Source: Mobula birostris (lineage: Eukaryota). From it: a stretch of DNA of 64,000 nucleotides. The stretch covers positions 109,986,230-110,050,229 of the forward strand of contig NC_092376.1 of assembly GCF_030028105.1 (NCBI RefSeq). Reading direction: 5' to 3'. Position numbers and translations under genes: made by a program. The notes below the pieces were generated by a model. The model ran no database searches. It worked only from the letters and a program-made list of their open reading frames with translations, and was not told the origin of the DNA. Positions 48,955 to 62,272 of this stretch are shown piece by piece; within the stretch, counting starts at the first letter, position 1, and every line of letters begins with the position of its first letter.

Positions 48955-51774
48955 TCTGGAAATATGAGTTTGTAGCTATTAGTGAAACATGGTTGCAGGA
49001 GGGGTGTGATTGGCAACTAAATATTTCTGGATTTCATTGCTTCAGGTGTGATAGAATCGGAGGGGCAAGAGGGGGAGGTGTTGCATTGCTTGTCAGAGAA
49101 AATATAACAGCAGTGCGTTGGCAGGATAGATTAAAGGACTCACCTAGGGAGGCTGTTTGGGTGGAATTGAGGAGTGGGAAAGGCGTAGTGACGCTTATAG
49201 GGGTGTATTATAGACCACCTAATGGGGAGCGAGAATTGGAGGAGCAAATTTGTAAGGAGATAGCAGATATTGGTAGCAAGCATAAGATTGTGGTTGTGGG
49301 GGATTTTAATTTTCCATACATTGACTGGGAAGCCCATTCTGTAAAAGAGATGGATGGCTAGGAGTTTGTAAATTGTGTGCAATATAGTTTTTTGCAGCAA
49401 TACATTGAGGTATCAACTAGAGAAGGAACAATGTTGGATCTCCTGTTAGGGAATGAGATAGGGCAGGTGACAGAGGTATGTGTTGGGGAGCACTTCGGGT
49501 CCAGTGATCATAATACCATTAGTTTCAATATAATTGTGGAGAAGGATAGAACTGGACCCAGGGTTGAAATTTTTGATTGGAGGAAGGCTAACTTTGAGGA
49601 GATGCGGAAGGATTTAGAAGGAGTGGATTGGGACAATTTGTTTTATGGGAAGGATGTAATAGAGAAATGGAGGTCATTTAAAGGTGAAATTTTGGGGGTA
49701 CAGGATCTTTATGTTCCTGTTAGGTTGAAAAGAAAGATTAAAAGTTTGAGAGAACCATGGTTTCAAGGGATATTGGAAACTTCGTTTGGAAAAGAGAAGG
49801 ATCTGCAATAAATATAGACAGCTTGGAGTAAGTGAGGTGCTCGAGGAATATAAAGAATGTAAAAAGAATCTTAAGAAAGAAATTAGAAAAGCTAAAAGAA
49901 GATATAAGGCTGCTTTGGCAAGTAAGGTGAAAATAAATCCAAAGGGTTTCTACAGTTATATTAATAGCAAAAGGATAGTGAGGGATAAAATTGGTGCCTT
50001 GGAGAATCAGAGTGGATGGCTATGTGTGGAGCCAAAAGAGATGGGGGAGATTTTGAACAATTTCTTTTCTTTGGTATTCACTAAGGAGAAGGATATTGAA
50101 TTGTGTAAGGTAAGAGAAACAAGAAGGGTAGTTATGGAAACTATGATGATTAAAGAAGAGGAACTACTGGCGCTTTTAAGGAATATAAAAATGGATAAGT
50201 CTCCGGGTCCTGACAGGATATTCCCTAGGACCATGAGGGAAGTTAGTGCGGAAATAGCAGGGGGTCTGACAGAAATATTTCAAATGTCATTAGAAACGGG
50301 GATGGTGCCGGAGGATTGGCGTATTGCTCATGTTGTTCCATTGTTTAAAAAGGGTTCTAAGAGTAAACCTCCAATTATTGGCCTGTGAGTTTGATGTCAG
50401 TGGTGGGTAAATTGATGGAAAGTATTCTTAGAGGTGGTATATATAATTATCTGGATAGACAGGGTCTGATTAGGAACAGTCAACATGGATTTGTGCGTGG
50501 AATGTCATGTTTGACAAATCTTATTGAATTTTTTGATGAGGTTACTAGGAAAGTTGACGAGGGTAAAACGGTGGATGTTGTCTATATGAACTTCAGTAAG
50601 GCCTTTGATGAGGTTCCACACAGAAGGTTAGTTAGGAAGGTTCAATCATTAGTTATTAATATCGAAGTAGTAAAATGGATTCAGCAGTGGCTGAATGGGA
50701 GACACCAGAGAGTAGTGGTGGATAACTGTTTGTCAGGTTGGAGGCTGGTGACTAACAGTGTGCCTCAGGGATCTGCACTGGGTCCAATGTTGTTTGTCAG
50801 ATATATATTAATGATCTGGATGATGGGGTGGTAAATTGGATTAGTAAGTATGCAGATGATACTAAGATAGGTGGAGCTGTGGATAATGAAGTAGGTTTTC
50901 AAAGCTTGCAGAGAGATTTAGACCACTTAGAAGAGTGGGCTGAAAGATGGCAGATGGAGTTTAATGCCGATAAATGTGAGGTGCTACATTTTGGTAGGAC
51001 TAATCAAAATAGGACATACATGGTAAATGGTAGGGCATTGAAGAATGCAGTAGAACAGAGGGATCTAGGAATAATGGTGCATAGTTCCCTGAAGGTGGAA
51101 TCTCATGTGGATAGGGTGGTGAAGAAAGCTTTTGGTATGCTGGCCTTCATAAATCAGAGCATTGAGAATAGGAGTTGGGATGTAAAGTTGAAATTGTATA
51201 AGACATTGGTAAGGCCAAATTTGGAGTATTGTGTATAGTTCTGGTCACCGAATTATAGGAAAGATGTCAATAAAATTGACAGAGTACAGAGGAGATTTGC
51301 TAGAATATTGCCTGGGTTTCATCTCCTAAGTTACAGAGAAAGGTTGAACAAGTTGGGTCTTTATTCTTTGGAGCATAGAAGGCTGAGGGGGGACTTGATA
51401 GAGGTATTTAAAATTATGAAGGGGGATAGATAGTGTTGACGTGGGTAGGCTTTTTCCATTGAGAGTGGTGGAGATTCAAACAAGAGGACATGAGTTGAGA
51501 GTTAAAGGGCAAAAGTTTAGGGGTAACGTGAGAGGGAACTTCTTTACTCAGAGAGTGGTAGCTGTGTGGAACGAGCTTCCAGCAGAAATGGTTGAGGCAG
51601 GTTCGATGTTGTCATTTAAAGTTAAATTGGATAGATATATGGACAGGAAAGGAATGGAGGGTTATAGGCTGAGTGCAGGTCGGTGGGACTAGGTGAGAGT
51701 AAGGGTTCGGCATGGACTAGAAGGGCCGAGATAGCCTGTTTCTGTACTGTAATTGTTATATGTTATTATATGGC
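48955..51774 (+). mobile_element. CR1 LINE, near-complete ORF2 (APE endonuclease + RT) and 3' UTR, inactivated
   Basis: AISETW, YYRPP, GDFNFP, SDHN, KSPGPD, SCLTNLIEFF, VPQGSALGP, KYADDTK, RPNLEYCV, TRGHEL..FFTQRVV across successive ORFs; tatac on both sides (48950-48954, 51775-51779). Confidence 0.97.
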
Positions 51775-52228
51775 TATACGGTGACATATAAGTACTTCGA
51801 TAATAACTTATTTGAACTTTTAAGATTGCAGTGAAGGATTAGATGTTAAAACACAAAAGATGTTATAACACAAAAGATGAACAATGTAGATCACCAACAT
51901 TTCATTCGAAGTTGCACTGATGATGTTGCTCAGCTGAGTAACAAAACATCTGCAAGCTAACAAGCCAGCTCGGTGAGCCACTCAACAGCCACACATAAGA
52001 TCCTGTTAGTTGGCAAACAGAGAGCAGGGAATCCTCATCAAACTTATCACAGTAATAATAAATTTCAAGCTATTTTTGTTTCTACCAACCGGAGGTGCCG
52101 AGCTCTTCTGTGTCTTACAGGAACCTTCCTTCACACCTCAGCTGTTCCAACAACTTACTTCAGTGGGAGCTAAATATCACTTTGTACTGGGCCTCCATTG
52201 AACTGAGACCAAACTATTAAAATTCACA

Positions 52229-52493
52229 GCAACACACACAAAATGCTGGAGGAACTCAGCAGGCCAGCCTGCATCTATGGAAAAGAGTACAGCTGACGTT
52301 TTGGGCCGAGACCTTTCATCAGGACTGGAAAAAAAGATGAGGAGTCAGAGTAAGAAAGTGGGGGGAGGGAAGGAAGAAACACCACTTTACTTCACCCCTC
52401 CTCCTTCCCCTCCCAGTTTCACCTATCACCTTGATATACTTCCTTCCCTGGTGTTGTTTCGATTTCCAGCATCTGCAGATTGTCTCTTGTTAG
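52229..52493. mobile_element. Penelope-derived element with mutated hammerhead on the minus strand
   Basis: Minus strand agtc-CTGATGA-aaggtctcggccc-AAAA-c-GTC; 14-bp TSD tattaaaattcaca / tattaaaatacaca (52215-52228, 52494-52507). Confidence 0.85.
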
Positions 52494-52870
52494 TATTAAA
52501 ATACACATATTCTTTTAAGCACTTAGCCAATGGCCTGACCAACTAAGTGTTAAAAATTTCACCTTATTTTGTGATATTTTTCTTTCCTCCAAATCTTTCC
52601 TTCCCCTTGATGGTACAATACCAAATTGTATTGTACACAAAGAACAAGTTAATTCACTGACTTATTTACCATAAAAGAAAGCAGCAAATCAACCTCACTA
52701 AATGACTTCTGGCCTTGTGCTAACTTGCTTAGACTTTGAAAAGCTGGAAGGGTTGCAGTTGTCACTGATAAAGCGGTTTCTCTTCTCATCTCTTGCTATT
52801 GCTACAGGACGGTAAGTTGGAGCCATGGCAGGTCAACGCTCCAGCCGAATGGAACAATGACAGCACTGAA

Positions 52871-53069
52871 CAATACACACAAAAGATGCTGGTGAACGCA
52901 GCAGGCCAGGCAGCATCTATAGGAAGAGGTACAGTCCTGACCAAGGGTCTCAGCCTGAAACGTCGACTGTACCTCTTCCTATGGATGCTGCCTGGCCTGC
53001 TGCGTTCACCAGCATTTTTTGTGTGTGTTGCTTGAAATTCCAGCATCTGCAGATTCCCTTGTGTTTGCG
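52871..53069 (+). mobile_element. Penelope-derived hairpin element whose arms directly close a hammerhead core
   Basis: Arms 52875-52936 / 52965-53026 around CTGACCA-agggtctcagcct-GAAA-c-GTC; 15-bp TSD aatgacagcactgaa / aatgacaacactgaa (52856-52870, 53070-53084). Confidence 0.9.
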
Positions 53070-53384
53070 AATGACAACACTGAAATGGATTTGAATGCTA
53101 TGATAAATCTAGAACAGGTATGCAATGAGGAAGTGAGGAACTGTGGAGAGGGCTAGAAAGCACATCCCCAACCTGCCTTGAACTCGTGATGATGAGCTGT
53201 TACATTGAGACTGGTGCAGGAGGACTGTTCCACTGGGGCTTCCCTGATTTTCACACAGAAAAGCACAGAAGCAGTAACCTATTGCGAGCACTGACTTTGG
53301 CCCTGGTCCCATTCAGAGCACGCACTGATGCGTTTACTGAGGAGCTGCAAATATGATCAAATGTTGTGCATCATCCACTCTGCT

Positions 53385-53695
53385 TCGAGGGTGGTGAACC
53401 TGAGGAATTCATGGCCACAGGCCGCTGTGGAAGCCAAGTCATTGGGTATATTTAAAGCCAATGTGGAGCTCGGGGCATCGAAGTTGGAGTTCAATTCTGG
53501 TGTGGTCGGTAAGGAGTTCATATATTGTCCTCATGACAGCGTGGGTGGTCCGGTTTCCTCCCACTGTCCAAAGATATGCCAGTTAGTAGGTTAATTTGTC
53601 ATTGTAAATTATCCCATGATTAGGCTAAGTGGGTTGCTGGGCAGTGCAGATCGTTGGGTTAGAAGGGCCTGTTCAGAGCTCTATCTCTAAATAAA
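53385..53695 (+). mobile_element. CR1 fragment followed by a V-SINE fragment
   Basis: RVVNLRNSWPQAAVEAKSLGIFKA, then gttcaattc..taaggagtt..tatctctaaataaa. Confidence 0.65.
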
Positions 53696-54259
53696 CTGAT
53701 GAACAGCTGGATTGCAATGGTCCTGCTTTCTCTGAACGGGTCATGCCTCTGGAATATTGCACAGGACTTGCAAGATGCCAATGTTGAAACTGTACTGGGA
53801 CAGCTTGGCTTGAGGTGCAGCTCGATCTCCAGTACCCCTGTCAGAGCATTGTCTACTCCCAAACCTTTTCTGCTTCCAGGTCCTCAGCTGTTGCTGACAC
53901 ATGGAGTAAATGGAATTGTTTTCTGTGATGTTGAGGATTGCAAGAGAAAGGCGAGATGTATTGTTTCATTAGCACTTCAGCTAAACGTGGTTTCAAATGT
54001 TTCAGCAATTATATAACATTCACACATGGACTCTATCATTGGGATTTGAGATGTACTAGGTGCCTCCCTCACCCACCAGTTCAAGGTCAAAACTGAGTTT
54101 ATTGTCACCTCACAAGCACATGTATGAACAGGTGCAAATTAAAAACTTAATTGCAGCAACACCATCAGGGTACATAGCAGCATATAAGCTGCAATTCACA
54201 AGATTACATAAATAAACATACATAAATTAAACACAATTTTTACAAGGAAGAATACAATT

Positions 54260-54688
54260 AGAATCAACAAACTCATTCGTAAGGCCAGTGATGTTGTGGG
54301 GATGGAACTGGACTCTCTGACGGTGGTGTCTGAAAAGAGGATGCTGTCCAAGTTGCATGCCATCTTGGACAATGTCTCCCATCCACTACATAATGTACTG
54401 GTTGGGCACAGGAGTACATTCAACCAGAGACTCATTCCACCGAGATGCAACACACAGCGTCATAGGAAGTCATTCCTGCCTGTGGCCATCAAACATTACA
54501 ACCCCTCCCTTGGAGGGTCAGACACCCTGAGCCAATAGGCTGGTCCTGGACTTATTTCCTGGCATAATTTACATACTACTATTTAACTATTTATGGTTTT
54601 ATTACTATTTAATTATTTATGGTGCAACTGTAACAAAAACCAATTTCCCCCGGATCAATAAGGTATGACTATGACTATGACTATGACT
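54260..54688 (+). mobile_element. Rex1 LINE 3' end, nested in an opposite-strand LINE tail (about 54080-54835)
   Basis: Open C-terminus NKLIRKASDVVGMELDSL..ILDNVSHPLH..RHRKSFLPVAIK; (tatgac)4 tail at 54664-54687. Confidence 0.88.
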
Positions 54689-57101
54689 AAAAAAGTGTAC
54701 TTTAGCACCTTGAACAAAGTAGTCATAGTGTTTATTAACTATACTGACTTGGGTTGTACTGGTTGGCTCAAGGTCAAATAGATGAAGGGAAGCCACTGTT
54801 CTTCAACCCTGTTGCGTAGGACTTCAGGCTTTTGTAGTTAATGAATTTCCCACCACCATTCCCAACCACAGTTTGGAGGGTTGAAGAAACTTGAACTGTT
54901 CCAGGGTTGTGGCCCTGGCAAAACTCAAAATGAGCATTGGTGAACAGTGGTTAAGCAAGAAAAGTGCCTATCATTGAAAGCAGGTTGGTCAGATGGTAAC
55001 TGCAGGATGAATTTGTCCTGCTTATGATGCTTTCTAATGGTGTCAGACCTCAGAGGAAGAGACCGCTACTGCCCATATTTCAGCAAATTGATTTCACATT
55101 GAATGGGCTATGATATGATTACAAAATATCTCAATCATAATCAGACAGAGCTTCAGATATATTTCATAATTCTGTGGAAATTCTTAACTTGTGAGTGAAA
55201 AAATGATCAATCACTTTTAAAGGGCATGTGGATACATTTGTTTATGGAAGAGACTTTTAAGACAGATGCAATTTATTCATATACAAACAAGAACAATTGC
55301 TGAACAGGTCCTGCAACCCAGGGAAGCCCTATTGCATCTATCAATAACCTGTGTTTCAGAATCAGTCGTCTTGGGAGTCCATCAATTTACCGGAATTAAA
55401 CCATGTGGCAAGAGGAGGGGCAAGCAGGAACTGGGAGTGGGGAGGAAAGAGACCACACCCCCTACATCACTCCCATCCCCATGATGGCCAGTGGACAATG
55501 CACCAGGACACAAAACAACTATTTTAGTTGCTGATTCCACTATGCAAATTGTAGTAGCATCTCTAACTCAAAGAGTTGCATTCTGCATTGTCCTGGTGGT
55601 TAAGAGGTCTAGTCCAAGGGTTCAGTGGAGAGTGGACTGGCATGCATAGGGCAAGGATCAAAGTAAGAGGCTTACCTTAGCATGTGTCCCCATCCAACGC
55701 TGCAGTGTTAAAATAAGGTTGTCCCAGGGGTGCACAAAAGTGCTTTCTCTCTGGGCAACTTGGTCCAGTTTTCCCAAAAATGCTCCAAAAAGATAATTGC
55801 AAGAGAACCAGCATCATGCTGTGCATGAAAGCTGCAAAAATCGCAAGGAGGAATCATTCTGGAAAGTGTTGTGTCTAATTTCTGTTGGGACACAATGTGG
55901 TCCAAAAATGGTCCACATGTCACTCTTCACAAAGTCCATTTCCAATTGCGCAAGGCTGACAAAAAGAAAAGAGTTGTGCAATTGAATTTCTGTTCCTCCG
56001 TCTCATGATGTTATTCCACTTCCATCAGTTTCAAGCTCAGTAACTGCTCCCAGTCAACATTCTGTGTGGGTGACTGTTTATAATGATGCTAATGTAGCTC
56101 TCTCACTGTCAGACTCAATAACTCCTCCCAGTGAGTGTCCTATGTTAATGAATGCATTTCTATTGATGTTAATGAAGCAGTATCAGACTCAATAACACCT
56201 TCAAAAATGCTTCTATTGTCATTACCGGCAATCATCATTAAAAAGTTGCAAAGGAAATGATCTTATTAATAATAACTTTTTGCAGTGTTTGACCTTTGAA
56301 AAAGAACTGAACAGCAGGGATTCCTCCAGTGTGCATCACAAGCAAAAGGTACAGATGTGTGCATCACAATTCTACAGAGTGCGGTTTTAACTGCTGAGAA
56401 TGAAAGCTTGAAACAGCATCAATTAAGGCTTCACAATAAAATGATTCTGTGCATTCCTGAAGGACATTGTATTCATTAAGTAGAGTTTAAGCAGTCATTT
56501 CCACTTGTTTATAATAAACAGGCAGTGACGCAAATCAAAGCTGCATGATATTATTGCCTCAGATATGGCCCTTCCTCTTTTAGCTCTGCCCCTGCAAGTT
56601 AGGAGCGGTTTGCCAAAATGAAAATTCCGAGCTATTCCTTCGAAGCTGATTGTTTTCTCTGCCCAGACCATGCACCACAAGGAGGGGCTATTCAGCAGCA
56701 TTTACCACTCATCCCTGTCTGAAAGTGCTCCCTCTCCAATCCTGCCTGTGGCATACCAGAACAGCCTTTAAAAGCCAATCACTCACCAGGTGGCCACTAC
56801 TAAGTTCTAAACTGTCTTCTCGTTCCTTTAAAATGTACAAGTACCTGGTATTGAGGAAAACAAATCCCATTTCTTTCATGTAATAGGTAGCAACTTATAT
56901 AGGATTTGGAACCTGTTTACTGTCTGTGTCATGCTGTGTAAATATCAGCCATGTGTTATGGGGAAGATCAGAGAGAACAGTTTATGATAAGATTTCCCAT
57001 AAGATGAACTTTCTTTGCTAAAGCCCTGAATTTCCATCAAAGTAAACGTTGGATACATCTTCCTTGTCCAGCATGTATCCAGGCCATATGCTAATTAGAA
57101 G

Positions 57102-57200
57102 GCAACACACACAAAATGCTGGAGGAACTCAGCAGGCCAGGCAGCATCTATGGAAATGAATAAACAGTCGACGTTGAGGGCCGAAACCCTTCATTAGGAC
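57102..57200 (-). mobile_element. Penelope-derived half element
   Basis: One arm plus a degenerate minus-strand core gtcCTAATGAagggtttcggccc. Confidence 0.8.
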
Positions 57201-57772
57201 CTGTGGCTGTAGTAGCAGGTCTGGGTGAGTGCATGGTCAAAGAGTCAGACAGCAGCAGAGATCACAGAGGGGGTTTCACTGAGATGTCGTTGAAGAGAAA
57301 ATTTAAAATTCTTCGGGGGTAGGCATCCCTTGCGGAGACTTCTCATTGTAGTAGTAAAGTGCTATTTAGAAGGACTTGTATGAAGATATCGTTCCATGGG
57401 GAAGATGATCAGGGGGATGTTCTTCTGTTGAGACCTCTTTAGATTCGTGCCATTGAACAAAGTGTATTGTTGAAATGCAATAAAATCTATTTTCTTTAAG
57501 ATTAGTAGATCTCATAGTTTAAAAATAAATATGATTGAAAGAATTAAATGGGAAAAATAAGCAAGAATTTTTCAAGAAAATGACTTCATGTCTATGTTTA
57601 ATTTTATTATAGTTTAGAAAAAATTCAGCTTGTAATGAAAAGAATTGGCAAATGTATGGTGTCAAATATTAAAATCAAATATTAAAACTGCTGAAGATAG
57701 ATTAAGCCTATATATCATTTGTGTTTGATCTGCCATTTTTATTTTGCTCTGAATTGTCGGCCCATTCTTCAT

Positions 57773-58041
57773 GTGGCCGGATAGCTTAGTGGTTAGCACA
57801 ATGCTTTACCGTACCAGCGACCTGGGTTCAATTCCCACCACTGTCTGTAAGGAGTTCTCCCCATGAATATGTGTGGGCTTCCTTCGGGTGCTCCGGTTTC
57901 CTCCTACAATCCAAAAATGTACTGGTTGGTAGGTTAATTGGTCATTGTAAGTTGTCCCGTGATTAGGTTGGGGTCGCTGGGTGGTGTGGCTCAAAGGGCC
58001 GGAAAGGCCCATTCCACACTGTATCTCAATAAGGAAATAAA
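57773..58041 (+). mobile_element. tRNA-derived V-SINE (HE1-like)
   Basis: A box tagcttagtgg, B box ggttcaattcc, same body and tail as 36335. Confidence 0.8.
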
Positions 58042-59329
58042 TTCAGCTGTGCAGTCATTTCTCCAGTGCTGCGATCTCCATGATCAGAAGGAAAAGACTG
58101 AAATATCATCTGATATTGGAAAATGGTCACATTACAATGGATAAAGCGTCAGGAAAAAGGCATTTACAGACTCAGATCACAACTGCAATTGTTTTGTGTA
58201 GCCAAACGTCTAACCCCCAAAAATAGCAAACGGTCATCAGACATAATGGAGCAATGAGGAATCTGAATGTGCCATGATAATAAACTCCAGACAACAAGCT
58301 GGAGGTTGGATGTGGGTCCATCTGATCCTTTGCTCCACCAAAGAGCTCAAGGACATTCAGTAATGTGTTGACTAAATTCAAAGATTTGTAGTACATCTAT
58401 TATCGGGTATGTATGCAGTATACAACCCTGAAATTTTTCTTTCCCATAGACATCCCGTTCAAAGAAAAACATCAAACATCAAACCCCTTCCCCCATGCGC
58501 AAAAAAAATCATACAAACGGCAACAAAAAAAACAGGCAAAAACACAGACTATAAAACACAAAAGGCATATTTCAGTTCAGTTCAGCTCAGTGTTCATTAT
58601 TTCCAGGCTGTCCCAATTCAAAAGTCACCCAAAAATAGTAACAAAAAAAGAGTGACCAGAACTAGAACTAAAAAGTAGAACATATCATGAACCTGAATTA
58701 GAGTCCAAATCTACAATCCACATCAATTGAACCATCTTCCAACAGTATTGAGGGAGAATGAGATCACTTGAACGGCGGGGCAAAATGCACATTTAATTAT
58801 ATTAGTTATTATACTGACCCCTCATCTTTATTTCAGTCATGGCACGTAAATTCGGACTGACTCATTCATTTGAATAAATTTGCTGACCTTGTAGAAAGGA
58901 AACTGAGTGAAAGGGATTTGCTTTATTTTCTCTGTCTTGTTTAATTAAAGTCCATTTTAGTTAATATACATGGGTTTAAGAGAGTTTATTAGTTTTAACA
59001 TTATTTGCTATATTAAGGTTTTTATTAAATGTTTCATTGAGTGATTATGTAAAAGATTTCTAACTAATGAAGTCAGATGACCATTGGGTCAATCAGCAGC
59101 CAAGTCATTATTTGTTGATTGGCCTACTCTGGATCAGGCTGACAGAACAATGGAAGCTGCACAACCACCAGAGATACACATGAGACACAGCCTGAGTCAA
59201 AGACCATCTGGCCAACTGTGATTTTATTATAATATCTTGCTTAAAAGGTATATCTTTACACAAGGAATGGTTGATATGGCAGTGGGATGTGATTTACTGA
59301 CATGGTGGACAATCAAGACATCATTGGTA

Positions 59330-59445
59330 ACATAGACTATAGAACCGTAGAGGAGCGTACAGGCCCTTTGGCCCATGATATTGTGTTGACCTTTTAACCT
59401 ACTCTAAGATCAGTTTAACCCTTCCCTCCCCTATAGTCCTCCAGC
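59330..59445 (-). mobile_element. CR1 3' UTR tip
   Basis: gtacaggccctttggcccatgatattgtg, as at 28920. Confidence 0.6.
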
Positions 59446-60509
59446 TGAGGATTTTAAAGGTATTCTCATCTGAAGGGAAAATGCCTCCTTTCTTTCTGTT
59501 CATGGGAAAGAGAGGACCAAGGTCAGCACAAGCAATCTCTTCATTCATTAGACATGCCTCATTGAGCATATTCACTTTGTTAACAGTAATTACTTCTTTT
59601 CTCTTTCAGTGATTTTCTTCCCTCAACTTGCCAGTCATGTTGCTAATGAGTATCGCAAATACAAACTACTGTATTTTAAGAAACTGATCTGATAAGGCTC
59701 GGCAAGAGAGCAATTCACTCTCCAGGAATGTAACATATAGTACAGGCATTATCTTATAGATCCCATCCATTTAGCACTGGCTCAAGAACCCAGGGACATT
59801 TGCAAATGTTTGTCATGCTGACAACATTTCTCTTCGCTTGCCACACCTTTTCATTTACTTAAACTCTCAGACTCCAACCAACCTCCCTCCAAAACACAAA
59901 TCTCCTCCATAGCAACAGAGGGGGCTTTCTAAAGAGACAAACTTGGTATTTATCATTTAGTATAATCAAATACCTACTTGATATGTTAAAATTCTGGTTG
60001 CCACAATGTCTCTTGGACCAATCATGTCCACAAAACATCATGCAGGAGTCTAGGATAATATAGCAAATTTAACTGTGAGCAAGTTTGACCAAGTTGATTG
60101 TTGCTACAGCAAGAAGCTGTTCAACAGAGTAATGTGAATAGCCAATTTAATTCACTTTTTTTCTGTCATTACTCATACAAAACTCTCCTGTTGGTGTGAT
60201 ATCCAACAACTTTCCTCAGTTCTGTAACTTCACCACCCTAACCTTTTAAAAAAATCTATTTTATTGATAATATATACAGTAAATATATTTTGGACAGTCT
60301 TCCTCAACATTCATTACACCATCAGTTCAATACATTCTCTTACAATGCCTCAACAGCAGGTTTTAAACAATGCATTTATGAAGTGTAAACTCCCTTCTCT
60401 ATTCTGTCGTTCCTCATATCCCATTACCTTCATCTCTCCTTTAAGACCTTTTCAGATTGAGATTATTCATAAAACTCCATTCCTGTCTTAGTGAGCATTT
60501 TACTAGGGC

Positions 60510-60775
60510 AGAATCAGAATCAGGTTTATTATCATCAGCGTGTGTTGTGAAATTTGTTAACTTAACAGCAGCAGCAGTTCAATGCAATACATAATCTAGA
60601 ATGCAGGAAAATAAAATAATAACAAATAGGTAAATCAATTACAGTATATGTATATTGAATAGATTAAAAATTGAGTGCCAAAAAACCCCAGAAATAACAT
60701 ATACTAAAAAGTGAGGTAGTGTTCACGGGTTCAATGTCCATTTAGGAATTGGATGGCAGAGGGGAAGAAGCTGCC
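60510..60775 (-). mobile_element. Rex1-like 3' UTR
   Basis: Close match to 6349-6600. Confidence 0.8.
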
Positions 60776-62119
60776 ATTATTACACCTCCATTATGTGGTG
60801 TCACCTGATTACCCAAAGCTACCTCATGGGGTTGATTGTTGCGAATGATTTAGCCATAACAGTTATTAAAGAAGCGCAAGCATTCTCCCTGATATCCTGA
60901 CCTAAAGCTTCCCAAAATCAAGATCCAAAAATAAACAAATTATCAATTAATTTCTATATGTGAAAATCATACTTTAGTAAACTCAATTGCATTGTCTATC
61001 AACTGCTTTGGATACCCATAGGAGATGAAAAGTGATGATCTGATATTTTTTTCTTCTTTCCAAATAATCGCAGTATAAAATCAATATATTTATTTAGAAC
61101 TTTTCAGTTTCCTTTCACACTTAAACGTAGTGAGAGGCATTTCAGGTAGGGTTTCCTGACCTACAGGTGGAAACATGTAACTGTTCAATCTGCAGGTTTT
61201 TCTCAAACGGCAATAAAAATGTCTCTGCTCTCTATCTGCGCTACCTCTGGAATTTATGTCCTCAATGAAGTTCCACCTTAAGAATAAAATAATACATGAC
61301 GTAATGTCCCTGGAATAATACAACAGTCCGAAAAATGCCTAATGTCAAACAAGATTCATGAAAATGTCTTCAGAAGCATTGGTTATTAATGCATGAAAGA
61401 TGGTCACATTACAATGGAAAATGCATTCAGGAAAAAGAAAATCCTCATTGAATATACAGCATTCATATCAAAGTAGGAAGGAAATGAAAACAATTCAATA
61501 TACTCCCTTCTGTGCATCTAAGTGAATTGAATGCACTGAATAGTTTCCCAATAAGTGAACTGTAATGAATCCCCATACCCATGTTAGTGAGGTAAACAAT
61601 GTTTCCTGCTGTAAAGCATCTCTACAGTATGAATAAACATGCAGGAGGATGGAGAATGAAGAGTGAAATTCATTTCTTGCATCCTGCATTTTTAAAAAAA
61701 TATTCATTAGGTCTATTTCTCCACCAGAATTCTGTACCCATTTTGGTTTGGTATGTTCCCCTCCAATGTCATGGACCCCACAAATGTGTTTTTTACTCTG
61801 AATCGTAAATGCATACCTTTTCAGGGCAAAAGTCCAAAATGAAGCAAAGTATTTCCACCTTAACTCAATGTGCTGACAGGGTAAGTTGAAGGAGGAAGGA
61901 GCTCATGTGGATCATAAACATTGGGGAAGACGTGAGAGAGCTAATGGCCTGGTTCTGTCCTGTTATTCTACTTAAACCACAGACAAATGACTGGTGGATG
62001 CAGGTTTCAGTCAGTTCAGTCATATCAGCACCAAACAGATGACATTGTTCTAAGTGGGTTGACAGTCTTGAGCCAACAGGCAATGAATTGCATGGAAAAG
62101 GCTGTAGGTAGGTTCCATG

Positions 62120-62272
62120 TCATCCATGGAAAAAAGTAAACATCAGGGTCATCAGGGTATTGGGCCAAAACGTCCATTGGTCACTCTCTTCCATGGATGT
62201 TGCTGACCTGCTGAGCTCCTCCAGCATTTTGTGTGTGTTGCTTGGATTTCCAGCAACTGTCGATTTTCTCTT
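62120..62272 (+). mobile_element. Penelope-derived element, decayed
   Basis: Right arm ctgctgagctcctccagcattttgtgtgtgttgc with a short left-arm remnant catccatggaaaaaagt. Confidence 0.7.
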
